Assembly (NCBI RefSeq): GCF_963921235.1
Contig: NC_086107.1
Location: 105,960,001-106,024,000 of the forward strand
Origin: Mobula hypostoma
Taxonomy: Eukaryota
Direction of reading: 5' to 3'
DNA: 64,000 bases
Made by a program: the position numbers and the translations under genes. Below are positions 53,369-64,000 of the stretch, one piece after another. Position 1 is the first letter of the stretch, and each line of letters begins with the position of its first letter. The notes under the pieces are model-generated. The model did not search any database and was not told the DNA's origin. It saw only the letters and a list, made by a program, of their open reading frames with translations.

Positions 53369-53720
53369 GGGGTCCCGTTGTGCAGGTTGGGGAACCCCCA
53401 GGGTACCGTTGTGCGGGTTGGGGAACCCCCGGGTTCCCGTTGTGTGGTTGGGGAATCTCCGGGGTCCCGTTGAGGGAGGTTGGGGAATCTCCGGGGTCCC
53501 GTTGTGCGGTTTGGGAATCCCCGGGGCCCCATTGTGCGGTTTGGGGAATCCCCGGGGTCCCATTGTGCGGGTTGGGGAACCTCCGGGGTCCTGTTGTGTG
53601 GTTGGGGAATCCCTGGGGTCCCGTTGTGAGGTTTGGGAATCTCCGGGGTCCCGTTGAGGGAGGTTGGAGAATGCCCGAGCCCCGGGGTCTTGTTGAGGGG
53701 GTTGGATCCCCCGGGATTCA
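53368..53720. repeat. G-rich minisatellite, unit ~29-30 bp (GGGGTCCCGTTGTGCGGGTTGGGGAATCCC), about 12 units
   Basis: Directly visible tandem units. Confidence 0.95.
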
Positions 53721-55450
53721 TTGAGGGCTGTTGAGCGGAGGAAGGAGCTTGGTCGAAGAGCAGGGCCCAGGGTGTGGGGTATCCCGATGCTGGGAGATGG
53801 CGATAATGATCCCGATGGGAGGGGTGCGGAGCGGATCGGCTGTCCCAGAGAAGGGTGAGAGGCCGGACCCCAACAATCAGGTCTGAGGCACGGCTCCGTC
53901 TGGGCGAACGTCGCTACGGCCGCACTCCCATTAAAGCGGCCTGTCGGAGGCTCAATTTATTTTTGTGGCCAGGGCAAATTTTCCAAAAAAGGAAAACTAT
54001 TTTGTATCAGAAGTCAAGTGTTCCGCTGGTTTTAATTGTTTCAGTCAATATATTTAGACCGCGGCCCCAGGGATGTCTGTGGATGTGGACGTGGACGGGG
54101 CTCAGACGCCACAAAGCCCAAGGACATTTCTCACATCCAGTTACACCGCCGGCGGGGTCGGGAGTTTAAACAGAAGTCCTTGCTCCTACTACTGATTAAC
54201 TTCTGGAGAAGTCCTTGTTACAACATCCCCCCGCTGGACACTACCCCAGCGGAGACCGACTGCTAACCCGCCCCCAGCACCCTCAAACGCGCCCCGAAAT
54301 CAGTCTCCGTGCGCCGCAGGATGCAGATTATAAACCAGGAGCCCCGGCTGGGTTTCACCCTCTGTAAACAAGATGTTGGGGGAACCCGGCTGTCCAGGCA
54401 ATGGAGATTCCAGATGAAGACGTCAACTGCCCGTTTCAAGATTCGAGATACAGGATTGCCTTTTTTTTGGTCACTCATCAGCGTAAAGGAGAACAAAATG
54501 ATTGGTACTCCGGTTCAGATGCAGCATTAAAAAGCACGATAAGATAAAGAACACAATATCAATAAATACATAAGATTAGCTTCTATAGACGGACGAGGGT
54601 ATACATAATCGGCATCAGGGTTAATATCACCGGCATATGTCGTGAAATTTGTTGTCTTTGCGGCAGCGGTACAATTAAATGCATAATAATAGAAAGAAAA
54701 AAGCTGGATTACAGTAAATATATATTAAATTGTTAAATTAAATAAGTAGTGCAAGACTAGAAATAAAAAAGTAGTGAGATGGTGTTCATGGATTCAATGT
54801 CCATTCAGAAATCGGGTGGGGAAGAAGCTGTTCCTGAATCACTAAGTGTGGGCCTTCAACCTTCTGTACCTCCTCCCTGATGGTAGCAATGAGAACAGGG
54901 CATGTCCTGGGTGATGGGGGGTTCTTAATGATGGCTGCCACCTTTCAGGGGCATCGCTCCTTGAAGATGGATGCTACCTACGAAGGCTAGTGCCCGTGAT
55001 GGAGCTGACTAAGTTTACAACTTTCTGCAGCTTACTTGGAACCTGTGGTGTAGTTCCCCCCTCCCCGTACACACTAGACGGACATGCAGCCATTTACTAT
55101 GCTCTTCCCAGTGCATCGGTAGAAATTGGCCAGTGTCTGGTGACAAACCTCCCCAAACTCCTCATGAAATATAGCCACTGTCATGCCTTTTTTGTAGCTG
55201 TGTCGACATGTTGAGCCCAGGTTAGACCCTCAGAGATATTGACACCCGGGAACTTGAAATTGCTCACTGGCAGATTTCACTCTGTTAGAAGGGTTTGACA
55301 AAGACTCAAGACCATTGCTGCATTTTCATAGTGATTAATCTGACTCAGCATCCAGGGAGGGATATGCACCCTTTTTACCCACTCAGACCAATATCTCAGT
55401 CCTTGCCTCCTGAGCATCTACTGCCCATCCCATTCGCTGATTTCACACAA

Positions 55451-55998
55451 CCACTCAGTGGCCACTTTATGAGGTACACCTACACACCTGCTCGTTAACG
55501 CAAATATCTAATCAGCCAATCTTTCCAGGAAAGCATACAGGCGTAGTCAAGAGGTCCAATTGTTGTTCAGACCAAACATCAGAATGGGGAAGAACTGTGA
55601 TCTTGAGTGACTTTGACCGTGGAATGACTGTTGGTGCCAGATGGGGTGGTTTGAGTATCTCAGAAACTGCTGATCTCCTGGGATTTTCATGCACAACAGT
55701 CTCTAGAGGTTACAGAGAATGGTGTGAAAAACAAAAAAATACCCAGTTCTGTGGGCATGAAAGCCTTGTTGATGGGAGAGGTCAGAGGAGAATGGCCAGT
55801 CTGGTTCAAGCTGACAGGAAGGTGACAGTAACCCAAGTAACCACACGTTACAACAGTGGTGTGCAGCAGAGTGTCTCTGAGCACACAACGTGTCGCAACT
55901 TGAAGTGGATGGGCTACAGCAGCAGAAGACCACAGACAGACACTCGGTGGCCACTTCATGTGGTACGAGAGGCACAAAATAAAGTGGGTACTGAGTGC
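55451..55998 (+). mobile_element. Tc1/mariner-derived non-autonomous element
   Basis: TIR cactcagtggccactttat... and a Tc1 N-terminal HTH remnant LSDFDRGMTVGARWGGLSISETADLLGFSCTTVSR...KWMGYSSRRP. Confidence 0.85.
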
Positions 55999-56058
55999 AC
56001 ACTCTGTTTAAATTATGCTGGCCCATCATGATGAGCATCTCCACCATCCTGTCACGGG

Positions 56059-56283
56059 GAGGGAATGTCAACTCAGACCATTAGAGGCCTGCGTCGGGCA
56101 TTTTCATGCCTTACAAGGCGCAGATTGGAAGTCTGTGTGGGGCACCACTCCTTGCACAGACACTAGAGCAATGTGTGGTTAAGTGCCTTGCTCAAGGGCA
56201 CAAACACGCTGTCACAGCTGAGACTCGAGCTAGCGACCTTCAGATCACTAGACGAATGCCTTAACCACTTGGCCACGTGCCCA
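56059..56283 (-). mobile_element. tRNA-derived SINE, tail type 2 (other copy at 33421-33645)
   Basis: Same tRNA-like head as type 1 but a different 3' half (gtggtgccccacacagacttccaatctgcgcc...). Confidence 0.85.
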
Positions 56284-57171
56284 ACAACAGGGTGTGGAGG
56301 TTAATTGTACTCTACAACAGGTCCATCCATTCTGACTGCCCACTTCCAAGGTAGTGACTATGCCCAAGTTGAGAGGTGGTGGACATATGGATTGTGTGCT
56401 TGCACTGGCTCTGGAGTCTTCCCCCACTATCTGACACTGTACAGGGTTCGAGTACATCCTGGGTAGAGAAGACAGCACCAGAGATTTAGTTTTACTGCTG
56501 TTTTAATGAAAGTGATTTTAAAATTCCAAAAAGGATATACAAATAGGAACAGGGAAAGAAGGGGTTAAATATAGGATAAAGTCAGACTGATCGACATGTA
56601 TGGGTCTGTCGATCATTATTTGAATGGAAAGTTAATACTTGACCTACAGCCAATATCCCAGGAATGAAAGGGTTAAAGTATGAGGAGCATTTGATGGCTC
56701 TGGGCCTGTACTCACCGGAGTTTAGAAGAATAGGGGTTGGTGTGGAAATCTCATTGAAACCTACTGGATATTGAAAGGCTTCGATAGTGGTTAGAGGATA
56801 TTTCCTAAAGTGGGGGTGTCTGGGACCAGATGGCACAGCCTCAGAATCGAGGGACATCCATTTACAGCAGAGATGTGGAGGAATTTCTTTAGCCGGAGGG
56901 TGGTGAATCTGTGGAATTTATTATTATAAACGGCTGCTGAGGCCAAGTCATTGGATATATTTAAAGCAGAGGGTGGTAGATACTTAATTAGTAGGGGTAT
57001 CAAATGTTATGGGCAAAAGGCAGGAGATTTGGATTGAGAGGGAGAATAAGTCAGCCTTGACAGAATGGCACAGCAGACTTGATGGGCTGAATGGCCTAAT
57101 TCTGCTCCTATGTTCCTATGGTCGATACCGGGTGTTGAAGCAATCTCTTCGCAGTGATCAAAAGGTGTGTC

Positions 57172-57177
57172 TTTATT
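57172..57177 (-). terminator. Polyadenylation signal AATAAA of the putative erp27 transcript
   Basis: tttatt on the + strand, 64 nt past the TGA of the PPKKVPSEEL exon. Confidence 0.55.
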
Positions 57178-57240
57178 TCAGTGACCGAACACAACGTGGG
57201 AAAACATGAACAGCATAAAGAGGATGGCAATCCGTGTGAT

Positions 57241-57273
57241 TCACAACTCCTCTGACGGAACTTTCTTCGGCGG
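57241..57273 (-). CDS. erp27: Probable last coding exon of endoplasmic reticulum protein 27 (ERP27)
   Basis: Acceptor ccgttctgtttttcAG, then CCG CCG AAG AAA GTT CCG TCA GAG GAG TTG TGA = PPKKVPSEEL*, a KDEL-like ER-retrieval end (human ERP27 ends KTPKVEL). AATAAA follows about 65 nt downstream. ERP27 lies immediately upstream of MGP on the same strand in other vertebrates. No upstream exons were recognised within the window. Confidence 0.6.
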   Translation of the reverse strand, partial: PPKKVPSEEL

Positions 57274-57764
57274 CTGAAAAACAGAACGGGCAGTTCGGTC
57301 ATTGGTAACAGAAGTAAGAGTTTGAGACCATATGAAATGAAAGTGGAAGTTAGCCAGTCTGTCCCTCCCTCCTGTTCTGCTGCTCAATAACATCCCTGGC
57401 ATTGCTTTAGTTCAGCATCACTTTCTTACACTAAATCTCTTGCTTCTGTTAAATCTATCAATCTCTGTCTTGAATATAAGACTATACTATACAGTACTAT
57501 ATATATTGTATATAGCACAATATATATGGAATAGGCCCTTCCAGTCCTTCGAGCCGCGCTGCCCAGTAACCCCCGATTTGACCCTAGCCTAATCACGGGA
57601 CAATTCACATTGACCAATTAACCTACCAACCGGTATGTCTGTGGACTGTGGGAGGAAACTGGAGCACCTGGAGGAAATCCACGCGGTCACAGGGAGAACG
57701 TGCAAAGTCCTTACAGGCAACGGCGGGAATTGAACCCTAGTCGCCGGCACTGTAAAGGGGAGCC

Positions 57765-58260
57765 CACGTCAGAATGGGAATGGGAAGCAGTTAAAATGCG
57801 TGGCACTGGGAAGTCCCACCAAGGTGCTCAACGAAGCATCCTACATTGCGGGTCACTAACGTAGAGGAGGCCGCACTGGGAGCACCGAATACAGTAAGTG
57901 ACCCCGACAGGTTCACAGGTGAGGGGCTGCCTCACCTGGAAGGATTGTTTGCGGCCCTGACTGGAGTGAGGGAGGGGGTGTAGCACTTGTCCCCGCTTGC
58001 AGGGGTAAGTGCCAAGAGGGAGATTAGTGGGGAGGGCTAAGTGAACAAACAAGTCACATTGGGAGCAATCGTGCAGAGAGTGGGGAGGGGAGAGAAAGAT
58101 ATGCTTTGTGGTAGGATCCTGTTGAAGATGACAGGTTTTGGAGAGGGATGTGCTGGTGCAGACTCTCGTCAGGTGGTGAGTTAAGTGCAAGGGGAACTCT
58201 ATCCCTGTTACGGTGCTGGGGAGGTGGGATGAGGACAGATGGCTGCGAAATAGAGGAGTT
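57765..58260 (-). mobile_element. Decayed Penelope GIY-YIG coding fragment
   Basis: ORF 57828-58190 contains KQSFQVRQPLTCEPVGVTYCIRCSQCGLLYV. Confidence 0.8.
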
Positions 58261-60280
58261 CAGGGTAGTTGGAGGTGCTTGACAAAGTAGGCCAAAGTCA
58301 GCACAGTTGGAATTCTGTTGGAATTCTTTTAGGAAATAGCAGGCAGGGTAGACAAAGGAGAGTTAGTGGATGTAGCTTACATGGATTTTCAGAAGGCCTT
58401 TGACAAGGTGATGCACAGAAGGCTGCTTAACAAGAGCCCATGGTAATACAGGAAAGATATTTGTGTGGACAGAATACTGGCCGATTGGCAGGAGGCAGAG
58501 AGTCGGAATAAATTTTCCAAGCAGGGTCAGCAACCTCTCATGGTGCACGCACACGAAATACGGACTCGTCCAGACTGCGGAAATGGACAAGTCCGTGAAT
58601 AAATTTAAAAACCTGTTCCACAGCGCAGCTCTGTGCCTGCCCTGGAATGTTTGACGGGGATGACTAGACAAAGCTTCACACTGCATCTAACCTCTGCTCT
58701 CCCTTTTCCGGGCACAGCACACAAAATGCTGTAGGGGGCATAATTTTAAGGTGATTGGAGTAAAGTACGGGGGTGGGGGGATGTCGGAGGTAAGGTTTTT
58801 ACACAGACAGTGGTGGAGTACACTTTAAGGGATGGTGGTAGAGGCAGGTACATTAGGGACACTTGGGAGACTCTTAGATAAGTCAAGGTCAAAGTAAATT
58901 TATTATCGAATTATGTGATGACACCGTGTACTGCTTTAAGATTCATTTTCTTGCAGGCATTTATAGGAATAAATGCAGCGTCCATTATTAAGGACCTCCA
59001 GCACCCAGGACATGCCCTTTTCTCACTGTTACCATCAGGTAGGAGGTACAGAAGTCTGAAAGCACACACTCAGTGATTCAGGAACAGCTTCTTCCCGTCT
59101 GCCATCCCATTCCTAAATGGACATTGAAGCTTTGGACACTACCTCACTTTTTAAAAAATATACAGTATTTCTGTTTTTGCACACTTTAAAAAATCTATTT
59201 AATATACATATACTGTAATTGATTAACTTAATTATTATTAATTTTTTATTTTATTTATTATTTTTCTCTCTCTCTGCTAGATTATGTACTGCATTGAACT
59301 GCTGCTGCTAAGTTAACAAATTTCACGTCACATGCCGGTGATGATAAACCTGATTCTGATTCTGAAAATAAATAACTATAATTTATGAAAAAATATACAT
59401 AAACAAAGACTGACATACAATCAATGTGTAAAAGAAGACAAATTATTCGAAAGAGTACTGAGAATATGAATTGCAGAGTCCATAGGCTGTGGAATCAGTT
59501 CAGCGTTGTTGAGGGTTATGTTACCCAGCAGATGCCTTGTGCAGATTGGCACATGGATGATAGGGAAATGGAGGGCTATGTGGGAAGGAAGGGTTAGATT
59601 GATCTTGGGGTAGGTTAGAAGGTTGTTACAACATCATGGGTCAAAAGGCCTTTACTGTGCTATACTGTTCTATGTTTTATATAACTCAGCAGGTAAAGCA
59701 GCTTTCATGGAGGGGAATAAACAGTCAATTTTTCAGACATAAATCTCAACTTTAAAGTCAGTTTGTGTGTGGGCCCCACCTCTTTGTCCTGAGCACCAGA
59801 GAGAGAAACAAGCTTTCCCACCCTGGTTCCTGCCCCCTTCCCTTCCAGTCCTGATGAAGGCTCTCAGTATGAAACATCGTCTGTTTATTCCTCTCCATAG
59901 AAGCTGCCTGACCTGCTGAGTTCCTGCAGTACTTTGTGTGTGTTTCTCAAGATTTCCAGCATCTGTATAATCCATCCATGCCTTCTCTGGGTCCGTCTGA
60001 TGTCATAAACTCTGGATTTTTGCTTTACGGGCTTCACCTTGATGAGCTTGGCAGAGATAGCAGTTGAGTTTCAACAATGAATCGAGTGAATTGGGAGCTG
60101 TCCCGTGAGCGGGCTTCCCTGCAGGGTAACAATAGTCTGCCAGTTCCCTCTAGTGGCTATGCCTTCGCTGTGCTCCCACTTGACAAACCTGACATGGCTG
60201 GGATTTAACACAAGAAAATCCAAAGTAACACACACAAAATGCTGGAGGAACTTAGGCAGCGTCTGCGTAAAAGAATAAAG

Positions 60281-60316
60281 AGTCGATGTTTCGGGCCAGG
60301 ACCCTTCATCAGGACT
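60281..60316 (-). ncRNA. Slightly degenerate hammerhead motif
   Basis: AGUC-CUGAUGA-AGGGUCCUGGCCC-GAAAC-AUC/GACU. The stem III palindrome is broken. Confidence 0.5.
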
Positions 60317-60894
60317 GGGATATGGCATCTGTAGTTTTTGATTTTCAAGAAGTTCAAAGTAAATTTATTAATAACAACGAGCTTGGGATTCATTTCCTTG
60401 CAGGCAATTATGGGGGAAAGAGAAATACAATAGAATTTATGAAAAACTACACTTAAACAAAAACTGTCAAACAACCAATGTGCAACAGAAGCCAAAATAT
60501 GCAAATTAAACAAAAATAGTGAGAACTTATGTTGTAAAGAGTCCTTAAAAGTGACTGTGTAGGTTGTAGAATCAGTTCAGAGGAGTGGTGAGTGAAGTTG
60601 TCCGTGTCAGTTCAGGATCCCAATGGCTGAAGGGCATTAACTTTTACTGAACCTGCTGGGGTAGGACCTAAAGCTTCTGTAGCCCTGCCTGATGACAGGA
60701 GCAAGAAAAGGGCATGGCCCGGATGGGGAGGGTCTTATATGATGGAAGCCGCTGTCTTGTGGCAGTGCTCCATGTAAATGTACTTAGTGGTGGGGAGGGT
60801 CTTGCCTGTGATGGAGTGGGCTGTGTCCACCACTTTCTGTGCATAACGTCGCAAGGTCCATCTCTGAGGAGAAAGGATTAGAGAAGCAGAGATT

Positions 60895-61810
60895 TAAAGT
60901 TCAAAGTAAATGTATTATCAAAGTATATATATATCACCATATCCAACCCTGAGATTCATCTTCGTGTGGGCATACACAACAAATCAATGGAATAATAATC
61001 ATAATAGAATCGATGGAAGACTGCCCAACTTGGGTGTTCAAGCAGAATGCAGAAGACAACAAACTGTGCAATTGCAAATAAAAAGAAATAATAATAATAA
61101 ATAAATAAGAAATAAATATCAAGAACATGAGACGAGGAGTCCTCGAAAATGAGTCTATAGGTTGTGGGAACATTCCAATGACGGGGCAAGTGAAGTTGAA
61201 TGAAGTTCAAGAGCCTGATGGTTGAGGGATAGTGACTGTTCCTGATGGTGTGAAGTCCTGAGGCTTCTGTACCTTCTTCCTGACGGCAGCAGCAAGAAAA
61301 GAGCATGACCTGGGCGGTGGGCATCGCTGATTATGGATGCTGCTTTGCTTGCTGCCACAACGCTTTGTGTAGATGTGCTCAATGGTGGGGAGAGTCTTAC
61401 CCATGACGGACTGGGCTCTATCCACTGTTCTTTGTAGGATTTTCTGTTTGAGGGTACCGGTGCTGCAGCCAGTCCATACACTCTCCACTACACATCTACA
61501 GAAATTTGTCAAAGTATCAGGTGTCATGCTGAATCTTCGCAATCTCCTAAGGGAGTAGAGATGCGACCGTGCTTTCTTCATAATTGCACTTACATGCTGG
61601 GCCAAGATGTAGTTCTCTGAAATGATAACACTGAGGAACTTAAAGTTGCTGATCCTCTCCACCTCTGATCCGAGGACTGGCTTAGGAAACCCTGGTTTCC
61701 TCTTCCTGAAGTCAATAATCTGCTTCTTGGTCTTGCAGACACCGAGTGAGGGGTTGTTTTTGTGGCACCGCCCAACCGGATTTTCAATTTCTCTCCTGTA
61801 TGCTGATTAG
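60895..61810 (-). mobile_element. Decayed Rex1/Babar-like LINE 3' region (related fragments at 6835-7345, 22165-23295, 30575-31205, 40720-41420, 54615-55265)
   Basis: ERISNFKFLSVII...KKARSHLYSLRRLRRF...LLPSGRRYRSLRT, with a 3' aataaatttactttgaact-type tail. Confidence 0.75.
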
Positions 61811-62754
61811 CACCTTTGATTCAGCCTTTGACAGAGGTAAGGGTGAAAGGTGGCGAAGGTGGAAATGCACGGCGCGAGGGTTAAACGAGAGCACAGATTC
61901 ATGGAGTCACTCCTCCTGGAAACAAACTCTTCAGCCCAACCTGTCCATGCTGACCAACATTTCCATTTCAACTCGTCCCACATGCTCACCTTTGGCCCAT
62001 ATCTCTGCAATTTTTTCTATCAACGTGCCTGTCTAAGAGTCTTTCTCTGGTAGCTCATTCCATATGTGCTGCAACCTCTGTGTGAACATATCACCCTTCA
62101 GGCCCCTTTTAAATCTTTCCTCTCTCATCTCAAACTCCAGTTTGATTCCTTTCCCCTGTGAAAAAGCCCCTATCTTTGCCCCTCATGATTTTATACACCC
62201 CTGCCAGGTCACCTCTCAAAAAAGTCCCAGCCTATCCAACCCTTTCCCTTTTAATCAGCCCCTTGATTCCTAGCAATATTTTTGTAAATCTTCTTTGTAT
62301 TCTTTCCAGCTTAATGATACCTAGCCTCTACAGTGGGACCAAAACTGAGATTTAGAATTGGACTTAGTTTATCATTGTGCCCTGATACAGTGCAAAATCT
62401 TCATCCAGACTGATTATGCCATATATAAAATACATTCAGTAAAGGCATCCGTTAGTCTTGTGAGACCATGGATCTGCGCCTGGAAAGTCTTCACTCTCCA
62501 GGGCACAGGCCTGGGCAAGGTTGTATGGAAGACCGGCAGTTGCCCATGCTGCCAGTCTCCCCTCTCCACGACACCAATGTTGTCCAAGGGAAGGGCATTA
62601 GGACCCAAACAGCTTGGCACCAGTGTCATTGCAGAGCAATGTGTGATTAAGTGCCTTGCTCAAGGACACAACACTCTGCCTCGGCTGGGGCTCGAACTCA
62701 CGACCTTCAGATCGCTAGTTGAATGCCTTAACCACATGGCCACGTGCCCACGTG

Positions 62755-63402
62755 CATTCAGTGGTATGCCACTTTATTAAGTACCTCCTGTACCTTATAA
62801 AGTGGCCACTGGGTGTGTGTTCATGGTCTTCTGCTGCTGTAGCCCATCACGTGTTGTGCCTTCATAGATACTTTTCTGCACATCACTGTTGTAGTGGGTG
62901 GTTATTTGAGTTACTATCACCTTCCTGTCAGCTTGAACCAGTCTGGCAATTCCCCTCTGATCTCTCTCATTAATAAGGTGTTTTCACCCTTAGAACTGCC
63001 ACTCACTGGATGTTTTTTGTTTCTCATGCCACCCTCTATAAACTCAAGAGCAGGGGCTCCCAATCTTCTCTGTGCCATAGACCAATACCATTAAGCAAGG
63101 AGTCCGAAGACCCCAGACTGGGAACCCCTGCTCAAGAGACAGATGTACATGAAAATCCCAGATCCGCAGCGGTTTCTGAGATACTCAGAGCACCCTGTCT
63201 GGCACCAACAATCATTTCATGGTCAAAGTCACTTAGACCAATTTTTTTTAGCAATTCTGATGTTTGATCAGAACGACAACTGAACCTCTTGACCATGTCT
63301 GCATGCTTTTATGCATTGAGTTGCTGCCACGTGATTGGCTGATTAGACAGTTGTAGTAATGAGCAGGTGTATAGGTGTACCAGTAAAATGGCCACTGAGT
63401 GT
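62755..63402 (-). mobile_element. Tc1-derived element with a nested hAT mini-MITE (~63051-63130)
   Basis: Same family, with the nested insert at the equivalent position to the 19353 copy. Confidence 0.8.
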
Positions 63403-64000
63403 ACATATAACAGAATTCAGAATATAGTGTAGTAACCTCAAAGGAAGATATCACACTGAAGTAAACTGGGAGAACAAAATTCATCTTTCGTTAATGAGAG
63501 GTCCATTCGAGAACCTGGTAACAGCAGGATAGAAGAGTCTGTTGAATGGGTGTTCAAGCTTTTGTATCTTCTGCCCAATAGGAGAAGGAGAAGAGAGAAT
63601 TACCAGGCTCCTTGAATATGTTGGCTGCTTTCTTGAGGCAGTGGGATGTGTAGATGGAGTCAATAGAGGGGATGCTAGTTTGAATGGTTGACTGGGCCTA
63701 GTTCACAACTCTCTGCACAGTTTGTTCATTAAGTGCTGTGTTGCATGATGTGGGCAATCATGGTCTTTCCAGGACCATGATTGTTCTTGGCAAATTTTTC
63801 TACAGAGGTGGTTTGCCATTGCCTTCTTCTGGGCAGTGCCTTTTACAAGACGGGTGACCCCAGCCATTATCAATACTCTTCAGAGACTATCAGCCTGGGA
63901 TCAGTGGTCACATAACCAGGACTTGTGCTGCTCATATGACCATCCACCACCTACTTCCACAGCTACATATGACCCTGATCGAGGGACGAAGCGGGTGCTG

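Noticed and set aside
53251..53724. Gly/Pro-rich ORFs on both strands
   Set aside because: They are translations of the G-rich minisatellite.

Overview
This is repeat-dense vertebrate genomic DNA, most likely from a cartilaginous fish (ray or skate-like; inferred from the repeat complement and gene order). Almost all ORFs in the supplied track are spurious or transposon-derived. Reading splice sites by hand gives three minus-strand exons (22014-21979, 19241-19151, 12336-12171). They join in frame into a divergent Matrix-Gla/osteocalcin-family protein: xPKEFIGSAEKE-ETFMGTQSANNFVRRKR/HAYGCYHHVPSYES-AREIYRGPVELHREYCDDDENCGKDYPYSYYGKGCGYGYYGYPRPYYYASYAKY*. It has a carboxylase-docking ANxF motif, a furin site, an ExxxExC-x5-C Gla core and an unusual Tyr/Gly-rich tail. 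I could not locate its signal-peptide exon. The 3' end of this gene has been duplicated locally: three diverged copies of the 3' UTR/flank are present, and the intronic copy could act as an in-frame, Gla-less alternative last exon. A probable ERP27 terminal exon (PPKKVPSEEL*) lies upstream on the same strand, which matches the conserved ERP27-MGP synteny. The rest of the window is CR1, Rex1/Babar, RTE-derived, tRNA-SINE, Tc1, hAT and solo-LTR sequence. It also holds roughly 15-20 Penelope-derived termini carrying minimal hammerhead ribozyme motifs, several inserted as palindromic units with target-site duplications.
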